A stretch of 59,351 nt of DNA, filler included. It is 5 parts of 5 records of this genome, joined end to end, with 100 filler letters (N's around TTAATTAATTAA, not from the genome) between each part and the next. Parts side by side here need not be neighbours in the genome. Positions count along the whole stretch, not along the records: positions 8,881 to 30,044 come from SRR20825019_3125; 4 more parts are not named here. One strand, 5' to 3'. The number at the start of each line of letters is the position of its first letter. The stretch's first letter is position 1. Below are positions 10,870 through 23,338 of the stretch, one piece after another. The notes under the pieces are model-generated. The model did no database searches. It was not told the DNA's origin and saw only the letters and a list, made by a program, of their open reading frames with translations. The translations under genes and the position numbers were made by a program.

Positions 10870-12458
10870 TTATATTACGGATCCCCTAATTCTGGGGGAA
10901 GCAGAAGAGGAGACGAGGTCATTCAAGCGTTCCATGAGAATCTCGAACATCACATCGTTTTGAACCATGCTGACGCGTGTATATGTGGCATCTGCACCAA
11001 ACTCGGAACCGGGAAGACCTTGAATTCCTGCGTTCTTAAATGTCTGAAGACAGTCACGGTCGGTCTTGCACTTAACCCACAGGTAGAATTGCCCCGAAAC
11101 TGCTTTCAGCTCGAACCTTTCCGGCTGCATCCGCATGTGGCTACTGTTAGTAAGGAATGGAAAACCAAAGTCATAACGCACGTTCTTCTTCAAGATGGAT
11201 TCGGCACGGGCCCAACGCTTGGTCATCTTCTCACGAATGTCATCAAAGAAAGTGGTCTTGTTCTTCAAGATGGCGTTGATCAATTGCAATGCCCGATGCT
11301 GAGCGTCGATACCGACATGAATCTCTGCAAGGCCAATAAACTCGCCCATCAGCTGAGCAACTAAAACCATGACGTTAGCGTGTCATTAAGACGTAGAATA
11401 GCACCCACGAACCATCCTTATCTTTCACCAATGCCCAGCCAAAGCGGGTGCCCCCATGACCAGACATCTTGGAAAGCGAGAAAAGCATGACATCGTGATC
11501 CGCGAGCTTTGTTGTGTTGGTGAGAGAAGGCCAATTGTAGACCATATCGTGAACAAGATACTTCGACTTGTAGTGAGCCTTGCGGGGAAGGCCATCTGAA
11601 GGCATGTCAGTCGTCCGGCCAACCATACATCCAACAAGGAGAAGTACCAGGATTATTAGGAACGGTAACAAACTCGATGACTTCTTCAGGATCAAGGTTC
11701 AAGTCTGAGGAGAACCATCAACACATAAAAAGCGCAACCCTCACATCTGCCCACCCTCGGAGAATTCAACATGCCGACTGCCGCTATTGGCCCAACTCTT
11801 GTACCCATTATAATAGGGGGTTTGAGCGAATACCTTCATAGTCTTTCCAGCAAGTTTGGCATATGCGTATTGGATGGCAGCGATGAGGTTGGTGCAGCCA
11901 TGACCGGGCACAACATGATAGCCTAAGTGCAATCAATGAGACCCGAATATCACCCAGAGCATTGCCTTACCGTCAGTCTTCACATTCCCGACCAGGGCAT
12001 GAAGATCCTTGATGGCAGGCACCAGGGCCTTGCCAATTCCAGGGAGCGGGGCATCACCATAGTACACCGTGTTGAACTGATACGTGTTACGATAGGCAGC
12101 CTCGGTAGCCATAAACCCTTCTTGATCGTGTTTAATCCAATAGTCGGTGAATGCGCTGAGAACAGGAGTCAGACCACAATCGTGTACAGAGAAATAGCTT
12201 CTCCTCACCCAGGATCACCACCTGTAGCGACAACCAGACAGCTGTCTAGGCGGGTCTCGCACTGAGGACCAGTGAAGCACTCATAGCACTCGCAAACACC
12301 TCTTGGGGAGGGGGTTATATTCAAGGTTCATCACGTGAATCTCCCACTTACACATCAGAAAACTTACGACCCTGTCCGCTGCACTCTTGGTGGCCAAGTG
12401 CCGAAACACATACCGCAAAAAGCGTGAGTGCCAGCAAACTTACAGCTATTTTTGTCAT
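10870..12458 (-). CDS. Alliinase / tryptophan aminotransferase-related (TAA1/TAR) PLP enzyme with signal peptide and EGF-like domain
   Basis: Spliced product: MTKIAVSLLALTLFAVCVSALGHQECSGQGRKFSDVGVCECYECFTGPQC...GGDP...IEFVTVPNNPDG...VHDMVYNWP...MLFSLSKMSGHGGTRFGWALVKD...FYLWVKC...GSEFGADATYTRVSM. About 7 GT-AG introns (e.g. 12302-12351, 12156-12208, 11923-11970, 11125-11181). Confidence 0.9.
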
Positions 12459-13163
12459 GAGTCTCTGTATTCTCAAAACCTGATTCGAGGCCAAGGGGGT
12501 ATACTATTAATTATGTGTGGGCGAATTTGTTTGAAGTGCAAGTAGTGCAAGACTCTGCTTCGTGGCTAGCCGCTGCAAAGAGCTCGTCCGCAAGTCAGGA
12601 CGTGAGAGGCATGCAACTCGGCGGCCGCGCTTTCGGCCCGCGCGCTGTGGAAGCGTCGTTCGTCGACAACCACACGGAATATTGTTTTGCAGGGGCAGTG
12701 GGATCCCTCCGATGGTCGTCAGATGGAGGTGAGGGCGACGTTTCACTTACTCGCCTTACGACTTCAAATATTTCTAATCAGATAGCTTAGTTACGGTATC
12801 CTTATATACGATACTGATATATAATTAGATGAAGTCCATAAAAAAGGATATGATGTCATTGTGGCTGTGCTGTGGGAATGTGCAACAACCGGGTGTGATA
12901 TGCAAAAACGTGAAGTTAGCTTATCCTAACTTATCCTAACCCCTCCTGAGTACATCATATCATAGATGAAGAGAAATATAAACTCCGCAGTCAACTCTCT
13001 CTTCGCGAAATCCAAAATGTGACTTGACGGTTCGCTACCAAGCCTTGTTTCCGTTGCGAGATCAAGTGCTCTCTCTACCGCGTGGATTTCATCTCATATT
13101 TCCCAATGAATCATAGAAACAAACCCAAACGTACTCAAGGCTTCATACAGGTAACAACGGACT

Positions 13164-13671
13164 TTAAACGGGATTCTTCAAAATGACAATTACCGAGTCC
13201 CCACGCAAAAACATCTTGCTGATGTACCTGTCTCTATTGATAGGCCTGGACTTCTTCTTTCCCTTCCCCGCCTTAGGAATTTCGGTCCACATTTCCTTAA
13301 CATTCTCGAGCACCATGTTACAGTGACGATCAAAAGCCTTCACACGGCCCAGAATCTTCTTGTTATTACGGCAGTTAATTAGGACTGGCTGTGCAGTTTT
13401 CACACTATCAACCAGAAGAGACATGGGACCTGAGGAAAAGTCATCCTTTACAGGTGCTGCCTCAACGGGGGCTTCTTCCTCGCGACGCCTGCGTCAACGT
13501 TTTAGAAGAAGCCATGAACGCAACGACATCAACAAATAGGCAGACAAAAATACTATTTCAACAACAAAACACGACAAGCAGACGCAGGCCAGTGCCGGCT
13601 AGGCAAGGTTACTGCCATGCAGATAACAACCTAAGTTTGTTCCATAATCCCCTGCGCACCCACCTTGACAT
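13164..13671 (-). CDS. SNRPD2: Small nuclear ribonucleoprotein Sm D2
   Basis: [35 protein letters not shown]...[15 protein letters not shown]. Likely first exon ATGTCAAG 13671-13664 and intron 13489-13663, giving [11 protein letters not shown]... (5' end less certain). Confidence 0.95.
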
Positions 13672-13784
13672 TTCGAAGAACCACACCTTCACAACTTTTA
13701 ATATGTACATTATATAAGCAGGTAACGACGAACTCCACGACAGCGCGAGCGGGCAGAAACCCGCTGAACCCTCAGCAACCCGTG

Positions 13785-14000
13785 GCCATGGCAGGCTCAG
13801 CTGCCAAAGGCCGCCCGGCGCTGAGCGTCTGGTGTGGACAGCGGGCCCTCGGCCGGGTGTGCCAATCCAAAGGATGTGCGGGCGCGGCCGCCCCACTCAG
13901 CCGCCCGGCCAGTCCGGCGGGCCGTGGGCGCCCGGCCGCCCGGCCGCGTCGGGCGCCGGCGGCCGTCCACAAGGGCGCCGGGCTCGGTGCAGTGCGGCGA
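13785..14000. promoter_or_regulatory. GC-rich upstream island (5' of SmD2)
   Basis: Near-pure G/C tract about 120-330 nt upstream of the SmD2 start. Confidence 0.5.
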
Positions 14001-14406
14001 TTGCCATGCTCGATGGGTCTGATTCGGGTCATAAACCGGACACTCCGTTTATAACGAATTGTCATCTTTCTATAAATGGGAGAGGTCGTTTTAAGGGAAT
14101 CCGATATCGTTTAATTAATTGTCACCTCGTGGAAGAGCACCAATAAATGACATTCGCTGACTATGACGGGGAAGCTCACTGAGCTGGATGGGACTAGCAT
14201 CTGTTCATAAGCAGTCAGAAATATATTTCTATGCGTAGTTTAAACAGGTGCACCTACTTTTGTATGAAGATGCCTTGTACAGAGGGGACTTGCTCAACCT
14301 TGTCCATAAATAATAACTCTCATGGTCCCATTCGTTCTTGTGGGTTCCTTTCCTACCCCTAACACAGATGTGAGCTATATGTCATACTGGTTATCACAAG
14401 GAAAAC

Positions 14407-17400
14407 CTACATTCCGACAGGAACTGGATTCACGACGGACCCAGGCGCCGGTGCCTTTGCGGACTGTTTCTCCATAGTCTGCTCTTTCTCAACTGCCTTA
14501 TAGTCAAAGCGATCCAATGATGATGGCTCCCGTTTCACGATTTTCTCTTTCAATCCTTCCACAATCGCGGCATGTTCTTGAAATGATGGCCTTTTCAAAG
14601 AATCACTTGCTCCGAAACTTGGTAGACCTGAAATATTTGATGCTTTTCTCGTAAGTGACATATCTGATGCACGAACAGAATCATTGTCTCGGCTTGAAGC
14701 AACTAGCTTCTCTGTGCGAGGTGTCACGTGTTGTTTCGGGTTTCCTGGTGGTGGCTCTGGAGCCATGTTCCCTCCAGTTCCGGGCACATTCACATCCATT
14801 GAACGCACTACTCTACCACTTGCTCTACGGGTTAGCCTTGTTGTCATTGGTGTTGGTTTGCTGCTTCCTTTAAACGGACTTTCGCGAGGGTGCAGGGCAT
14901 CCGACACCATCATTGATGTACTGTTGGGACGCGCCCCGACGTTGGTGTCAATCGCATCTGCCTCTTCCTGATCCATCTGCACCATTCTCTCTATTTCTGC
15001 TATCTTTTCACTCATTGGAGGAGTCTCCCCACGGCCTACAAATGGATTCACCTCTGAGTGTATGACCTCTGGAATATAAACTGGCTTCGGCATTGGATCC
15101 CCAGCGGCGAAAGCGGCCTGCAGTTCCTTTGTGCTGAATTCCCCCGATACTGACTCGAATAACTTCATTTGTCGTTTTGCTTTTGCAGTGTATCTGCGGC
15201 GCCGACCTTTCATGTACAACCCAGACCTGTCTCGTCCCTGTTCAATTTCCATTGGTGGCTCTTGTGGCTCATATTTATAAATACGAGGCCCGGCTTCTTT
15301 TTTCATTTCTTGGATTCGGAGTTTCTCCATCAATGAGGCCTTCTTCCTCGGCGAAGGTGGCGGCGGCTCGTTGCTTTTTGAGGCTTCTATAATGTCCAAA
15401 TCTATTTCTCGATTTCGTCGAGCAGTGTTTCGGTTCTCGTATTTCATGTTATCAAACATCTGCGTAATATGCTCGCTACGAGTCACAAGCTCAGCAGACA
15501 ACAAAGAGTCTACCGCGCACATTATAGCGGAGTCGATTATGATCTCTCCAAGAGTGTCGGCATAGTCCCTTTGTCCGTTGTTCTGAGATGTTGACTTCAT
15601 CATTCGAGTGAATGCTTGAGCAGGGGTAGCGGCATCAAAGGGCTCCGCAACACTGAAAGCCCCAGCCATGACCTCGCTGACCAGCGCCAATGTTTCTTTT
15701 TCTGCCGCGAAGACTCGAGGCAACCCTTCTTCCTTTTCTGCGTCCGCATAGTCATCCAGAAATGACCTTTGCGTAGCTATGAGACGAGGGCCTGGAGAGC
15801 GCTTAGGACTCGTCACACCAGGCACCATTCCGGGATTTTTTGGAACCTTAGAGGGCAAATGTCCTCTTTCAAGTTCCTGAATATCGGCTCTAAGCACGGT
15901 GGAAGGCAAACTCCTGGAACGATGTCTCTTTCGTTCGAACGATTCGTCATCCACATCAAAATCAGTAATGATAGAGAGGGGCTCCTCTTTCGCACCGCTA
16001 AACACGGTATTTGCATGGAAAATCAGTCCATATGGTCGATCGTACATTCTAATCTTTCTTGCGGCTTCTAAGCGCTCCTCCCAATAGTCATCATCTAATC
16101 GCTTGCTTCTTCTGCTGGCTCTCTTCTTCGAGCCTCTACTGTTTCGACTAACTGTTGCAACGCCTGCCCTCAGAGCCGCATCTTTTGCTTTTTGTTTTCG
16201 AATAGTATCTTTAGCATCATTGACAGCCCATCTCACATAGTCCCGGCGGTTCATGTGGTAAGAAGGGTGATCCATATATGCTGGCATATCCTCATAGTCA
16301 GTCTTTCCCCTCAATCGTGCCTCCCTCTGCCTCTTGGTTCCAAATGGGATGCTCAACAGAATCTGTAGACGAACTTCACCCTTTGTGAAAACGTTATGGG
16401 CGTCATGCACCTCCTTGTGAGGGGTCAATGGAAACCAGGCGTCTACAGGCTCGCCTATCTTCAGAACAACTATAGGTACAGTTAATTGCCCAATGCAGGT
16501 TTCGGTTGTGGGATCGTCCATGAAGTCAGACATCTTAGTTCTCACCACTACCTCAAGGTTGTCGCTCCACTTCAAATCAAAGAATTGGAAACTTTCATAC
16601 CACTTGGCATCATTTACATGATGGAACGGTATAGTCATGAATGCTTGGTTCTTCATCCGCAGATATGCCTGGAGCCCTCCGGGCTGAGTGGTGATTTCGG
16701 TTCCGAATGCAGTGTCTGACTTGGATTTCATAATTCCACGCGACTCAACTATGTGAACAGTCATAGAGAGCTCGTCCTTCATCATGGCAGGTCGAATCTG
16801 AGTCTTTGGAGCAGGCCGAAGATACTTATTCTCGGTCCAGTTTTCTAAACATCCTATCTCAAGTTTCCTCATATACATGTCCTTGGGATCATCTAATTCA
16901 AAATAGTACTTCAGATCGTCAAGCCTGCTCACCAAGCCTTTGAGACTGTTCTCACTAGTTGAGTCGTTGTCTGGGTTTGTGCTATTAACAAGCATTTGGA
17001 TTTCGCCGTCTGTACTATACCCATCAGACTCTTCGTTCAATCCCTCCTCCTCATTATCTCCCTGAAACGTCACACCCCCTTGGGGGATGTACTCAACATC
17101 TTGAGCGATAGAAACCCGGGACTGGGGCCTCGATCCTAGCCGAGATACTCTATCTGTTGGATTATCCTGCAAAGGACTCATCTTCCTGCCATCATTGCTA
17201 ACCAAACGAAAACCTATCTCCCGAGATGGCTTGTCCGACTGATCCCTTTTCTCGTGTGGAAGAAGCATTGAGTCATCGTTAAGCCCATGCGGGCTCGATG
17301 GTGCTGTAGACCTCCTTCCGCTGCCAGATGACCCGCCCAGCAATGGCGAACGCGAGATATCGTAAGAATCGAATGAAGACTATAGGACAATTATTAGATC

Positions 17401-18280
17401 ACGGGATTGATTCTAGCAAATTCACAAATCTAACCTGCGGGGTCACGTTTCCAGAAAGCCGAGTGACGTAGCGATCTTTTTCTGACGTGGGTGTAGGGTC
17501 CGAAGGAGCAGGAGTAGCCAGGGGAGTCTGGGGTTTGTTTCTATTGATGTCTTCAAAGACAAGATCATCATAGGCAGAGGGATCAAGAGCGAATACTCCT
17601 TCGGCCAGCCGACGAATTGGGTCACGCTTCTTATGACCAAGCATGGTGAGAAAGTCAGTCTCCTTCCAGATATATGCGGGTCTCCTCAAGGAAGCCTGTA
17701 CCCCACGCCTCTGTGATCTTTGAATCGACCTACTCCTCATATCCTGCGCTTGCGAGTGAACCTGCACACATTGATCAGATCGAATCGTCTCAAAACATAG
17801 AACTGTGCTCACCCTTGCTTGCGCCAGTTTCAATCTATTAATATCGTTCTTCATATCAGCAACCATTTCAGTCATATCCAGCCCATCCATCATTTCGTTG
17901 TCACTATCATCAGTTTTGCCTCCATCGGGACTGGTGGACGAAACTCTTGGAAAGATATCGCTTGTGTCGATCTTTGCCCCCAAAGACTCGTCTGATTTCC
18001 GTCGCACTCGCAAAGACTTTCGAGGAGTACCGGTGAGCTTCGGCTCTTGCCTGGCATCCTTGGCCATGTGACCATTCTGTGTTGAACTCATAATCTCGTG
18101 TCCCTGAGCTGCCATTGGTCGTGTAGGAAACTTCGGGACCGAAGATCTTCTCCGTGAAGGAGGAGCATCTTCACTGGGTCCTTCGATCTCCTCCACGACG
18201 AAAGTGTCGAAGGTAGGGCTAGCGGGGCCTCGCTCATGTTGCGAAGGTTTTAAAAATCTCTCAACAGGTTTCTTCATCAC
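14407..18280 (-). CDS. Large, mostly disordered protein with one C2 domain (spliced; both ends uncertain)
   Basis: ORFs 17399-18280 and 14407-17343 join via an intron (GTTAG...CTATAG); in-frame 51-nt intron 17762-17812. C2-like segment MTVHIVESRGI...KWYESFQF...CIGQLTVPI...DAWFPL...KGEVRLQI. Confidence 0.7.
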
Positions 18281-18579
18281 TGTAAGAAATGTGCTACTAA
18301 CATGGGCACCCCAGTTCCTGGTGTAAAAATGCTGCTTTAAAAGGATACAGTTCAGGCTTAGTCGAAGATTACCGCTTTGAAAAGTTCATACTTGTAGTTG
18401 ATGCCCGTGGATAAAATGTTGTGTCCTGAGTCGCGACCACAACCGTGCACCAACGAGTTTCTGGCTACCCCTGGAACCGCGGCGTTTAAGCTCCCATCGG
18501 ATCCACCATGTTACACTATTGTTCAATCTCAGCACTGTCAAAGGCTTTGGGCTCACTCTGCCAGGGTACCGGCAGTGGC

Positions 18580-18810
18580 GACGGCCGGCGAAATTACCGT
18601 GGCCTGACTGGCGTTGGGCCTGGTGGGTCCCGTGGTGGTCCGTCAGCAGACGGCCGTGGCTAGTGGCCGGCCGAGGCCACAATCACTCCACTACAGTCAC
18701 CCACCCGCGCTGTGAGGAGCCGGGGCGCCTCCGCCGAGCCGCACTTACTGGGCCCGCCTCTCAGAGTCTGTCAGGCCGGGCACCGCGGGCCGTGCCGGTC
18801 AGTGCGGTCA
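18580..18810. promoter_or_regulatory. GC-rich upstream island
   Basis: GC-dense tract with TCAG/TCAC/TGAC words, 5' of the C2-domain gene. Confidence 0.45.
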
Positions 18811-18967
18811 CTCACTTGTACGGAGGTGGCGGTGACAAGCGTTACCCGCCCTATCTCCAGCCTGATGCGATCAATCCCATAGCCCAGTGTATTAGTGGTT
18901 TCGAGGAGGATCATAACTGAAGAGACGTGGGATTGACTGATATTTTATATATCAATCAATAATCTGA

Positions 18968-21357
18968 TTATATTGACGTGTATTTGCTTGGGGAGGTGAT
19001 GTACTTGGAGTGGTTGGGTTCAGAAGGCACCATTGATTCAAAGTCAAGTTTCTGGCGCTTCTCAGAAAGCTTCTTGGATTCAGCTGCAGATTTTTCTGGA
19101 GAGTGAAGGACAACAAGCCTGGACTCAGCATCGGAAAAGTGCTTGCGAACAAAACCAAAGTCCTTGCCATACTCCTCGTCACGCCAAGCCTTATCGATAG
19201 CAGAAACTGACTTAAAGGATATTTTCTTCCAGTCATGCAGAAGCCTCTCCTTTGAAATGACTATTCCTTCCGTAGTGCATATCCTGGATGACAAATCAGC
19301 CGATCAAAGGAGACGGTTCCATGAGAAAAACATACCATGACCACGGATTCGGTACACCGCGGTAATACCGACTAAACATGCCGAAATCAAACATGAGAAC
19401 CTCATCAGAGACGTCCCTAACATGCGGCTCTACCACCAAAAAGGTATCCAAATCTTTCCCAAGGCCCAGATGATAAGTACTGCGAAATACGTATCGCGTT
19501 ATAGCACTTGTGGTCAACAACTGCGCCTGCTTACCTCAACGGAGAGTACTTGTCGAGAATAACAGCCGGAAACTTCGCGTCGACGGCCTTCGTAAAGATC
19601 GAGCCCTCACCGAGAAGCATGAAGTGGGATGCTGAGGACGATTCCAGAATAGATAGGAGGCTTGCTTGCAACTCTGAACCTTCTACCTCCATGTAATCAA
19701 TATCAGAACCAATTTGATCACGTGCAACGCCAAACCCTTTGAGAACAGCATCTTTCTTGTTTTTCTGAATGATTGCGGTGACTGACTCTTGACCGGACAA
19801 GTTATTCTTGAGGCTTTCAACAGTGGCCAAGAACCCAGCTGGGCGTTCATGGCCCAAGACGATGATATGAACTGAAACATCTCCCGTAGCGCCTTCGCGG
19901 GATTCCATTGGTTTGGATGTCGATTTGGTCGCAGATTTAGACGATGCCTTGGGAGCGTTCTTCGGAGGGGGGCTTCCCGAATTCTTTGCTTTGGATGATT
20001 CGCGCACTTTGGACGACGAATCTTTTCCCTTGTTCACCATTCCGGACACCACCAACGTGTGGTCAGATGAATCACCGCTTTTGTCGTGCAATGACGCAAA
20101 CCCTGCAACTTCCAGATCATGCTTCACCTTTTCAAACCACAAAAGATTTTGCCGTCCGCTATTTCCATATATGGCTTCAGTTGCCTTCCTTCCTGCATTG
20201 GCCTTGTATTTCTCCATAAGCGGTAATAGAAGCTTCTTCGTATCCAAGCCCAGCACTGCTCAACTGTGAACATCTCAAACGCTCAAACCAACGCTGCACT
20301 AACCATAAAGCGAAGCGCCTGAAGAACCAGCCTCATATACTTTCTTGAGCGCAGAGGGAACTTCATCCTCGGAAATCTTGTCTAGACTGTCCAGGATCAC
20401 CACCTAAATGCTCACCTTTAGCAATTCTATGGCCAAGGTGCTCCATTCACTTACCATATCCGCACTGGAAGGAGAAACTTTTGCGATCGAGGCCCATGTA
20501 TGAGCTACTGCACGGATCTCACCCTCATTAGGAATGCTAACGGAAATTATCTCGCCTGACTTCGCCTCTCCAACAATTGCATAAACCACACGGGAGTTTC
20601 TACCAGCAAGGCTGTTATCGTCGTCGTCGTCATCATCATTGCCATCATCATCATAGTCATCATCATCGTCCTCATTGTCAGCGCTATGGCCGCCACTGCT
20701 CCCGGCTTTTGCCGCAGGTGGAGCCGTTTCACCAGCTCCGGCCAGACTGTCTCCGGTACCTCCTCCACTAACCTGAAGTTTCATAGCGAGCTCAAAGTGT
20801 TTCATGGCCTCCTCCTCATTACCAATGTCACCATAAGCAGTCGCCAATTTTTCGTGAGCAGAGCTGCTATTCGGTGATAGTGATACAGCGCGCTGCGAGT
20901 TAGAGTTATGGCGACGGTACTTTTGCTAAAAGTGCTCCAGACCCACCTCATAACATTCAATGGCATCGTCTTCTCTATCAAGAACTTTCAATACATCGCC
21001 CATGTGGACCCATCCGATGGCCACGTTTGGAGTCAAGGAAGTTGCTCGAGCACATGCAAGAAGAGCTTGTTCAAAGTGACCAAGCTTCTTTTGTGCTTCA
21101 GCCAAACCTGTCCATGCATAACTATTCTCGCTATCAACATCGACAGCGTCCTGAAAACAGTTTTGTGCTCCCGCTGTTTCTCCCTTCTCCATCAAAATTC
21201 TCGCGGCCATAGTGAAGGACATGGCCGACTTTCCTAAACATGCTGTGAGAACTTCTGACAACGTCTACTCTTTGGGTGTACCTTTTGCAGAGGGGCACTC
21301 CGCAACGACTTGCGGCACAAGCAAGACTGCGAGTACCAAAACAGAAACAAGTTTCAT
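18968..21357 (-). CDS. Secreted TPR protein with acidic linker and possible degenerate glycosyltransferase-like C-terminal domain (spliced)
   Basis: MKLVSVLVLAVLLVPQVVAEC signal peptide; TPRs (YAWTGLAEAQKKLGHFEQAL, GWVHMGDVL); poly-Asp tract; C-terminal IIVLGHERPAGFLATVESL...HFMLLGEGSIF...YHLGLGKD. Several ~50-nt GT-AG introns. Confidence 0.7.
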
Positions 21358-21519
21358 TGGCGAAATCGGTGTCTTGGCATTTCTAGCAATGAATCGCTGT
21401 ATATGAATATTCAGCTGGTGAAGCACCAGCCGCCAGCCTCACGTGTTTTCGAACGCCTAGCGGCACACGGCGCTCGCCAGCTCGCTGCCGTCGTACAGCC
21501 ATTGTTCTCCTTTGGTGAC

Positions 21520-21890
21520 GGGCCTCGGGCCAGGGTGGCAGACGGGTGCCATCAGACTCGCGACGTCCGAGCAAACTGAAGAGTACTTTTCGGGGAGCCG
21601 GCCGCGCCCGGCGGCGCAGCAAGCCCGCAGGCTCAGGCACTGTAGTGACCCGGCAGCACCCGCGGGCCAGGGTGCGGCCCGCGCCCACTGCGGAGTGGGC
21701 GGCCCCGCACGACTGCACCGTCGCGACGGGCGCCCGCCGTGTGCGACTGACCACCTGAGCCGGCGGGTGCCGGGCCCGCCCGGGCGCGGCCGCCGCGGCG
21801 GCCGCCGCCAGACCGGTCGGGTCGGGGCGACGGGGTCGCGCCCGGCTGGGCGCCTCGACGGTGATCGAGAGCGGCGCACTGACTACCTCA
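21520..21890. promoter_or_regulatory. GC-rich upstream island
   Basis: GC tract 5' of the TPR gene, with a sharp switch to AT-rich sequence at about 21900. Confidence 0.5.
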
Positions 21891-23338
21891 GGCACAGGAA
21901 ACACCCATGTTGCTATAATGAGTTATAGAATATATTTGATATTTCCTAGTATTTTCTATTTTTATTTTACACACAATTTGTTAAAACGTGATTGTAACAT
22001 GATGTCTGAACATTAGTGGAGTGAGCCAGTAGGGCCCTCATATGAAAAGCAAGCGAACATAGTGTTTCTGGAGGAACTGACCAGGATAACGCGGAAGCAT
22101 GTTGGATCCGTCCTTCCGCTATGGCCATCTCGTTACTTCGACGAAAACGCTGGGGTGCGACTGCACCACTAAGTTGTGTTTTCCGCAATACTGATTGCGT
22201 TAACATAATTGTGGGTTATTTTTTTGAAAAAGGCTTGCATATTCATCGATCGATCCGTCCGTGACATGACGACAGAATAGAGTATCCACTGTTTATATAT
22301 TCTTAACTGAAACCATGCAAGAGTGGAAAAGACCGTCGATACACAGGGGATGCACACATGTCATTTTTTTGCAACCATTCCAGGAGCCACAGATATTTTT
22401 TAAGCTCATTTTGTTAACAATTTATCTCGGTCCCAACATTCCTTCTTCCATTATTGCATGCCCAACCGCGGCACCATTTGTCACTTCATAGTTATGCTGA
22501 TCGGCTACGGATACTCCTATTGGAGTTCATATCACTTTAGCAGGCTGGATCCCTGGAATGACATATTACCACGCGGCACTGATTCTGAAAGAGTTTTTTT
22601 AACATGCATCCGCTACACAGTGATAAGATGTGTTGCCCCGGAGTTAATCATGATGTGACTTCCTGGCGGGAGCCCGCTCCTGAAATGTCTGAAGTTTAAT
22701 TGTTCTATATCATTTGTGAAGCTTGCCGTTTACTCTGATGCGGCCCGATCCACTGGAGATGTAGGCTCCTGATTGATGACAGAGCCTGAGCAGAAACCTT
22801 CACAAAAAACTTAGAACCACCGCAATGCGATCAATGATACTAAACTTCGTTGTTTCTAGACAAAACCCGCAGCGCATGGATTTCCAAAGCCTCAATACAG
22901 GGGCTTTGCCTTTTGATGTACGGTTGATTTTATATTAACGCAAAAAAAAATACAATCTACCGAACATGTTCTCGTGCAATCCTTGTACCAACTAGAGCCA
23001 CTGATGGGCGCCCTAGCTTGAGGTATCACTTCTCAGATGTTTCAAGAGTAGGAGGCTTTAGTGATTTTTTCCGCTGGGATGGACTGTGAGGGCTAGTGTC
23101 CTCGCCGGCCGGCATCCATGTTGTGTTAACACTATTGCCGTCTTTGTGATTAAGATATAAAGATTTTGAAAGCGAGTATGTGTGGCAGTCGAGTCACCGG
23201 GCTATGACATCACCATTCGTCCTCTTGAGCCGGTAGCAGGTTATTATTTGGCGACCAGGACCTTGCGGAGAAGGATATCGACGCGTTAACGGCTGTAAGT
23301 TACCCGGGAAGTCAATTGGAAATTTATTGAGGCGAGGT

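Noticed and set aside
12920..12943. CTTATCCTAA duplication / CCTAACCC as a telomeric repeat
   Set aside because: Only two copies, internal to the contig.
13058..13660. Short matches to U2 (GATCAAGTG) and U6 (CCCCTGCGCA) snRNA
   Set aside because: The flanking conserved snRNA sequence is absent; chance matches.
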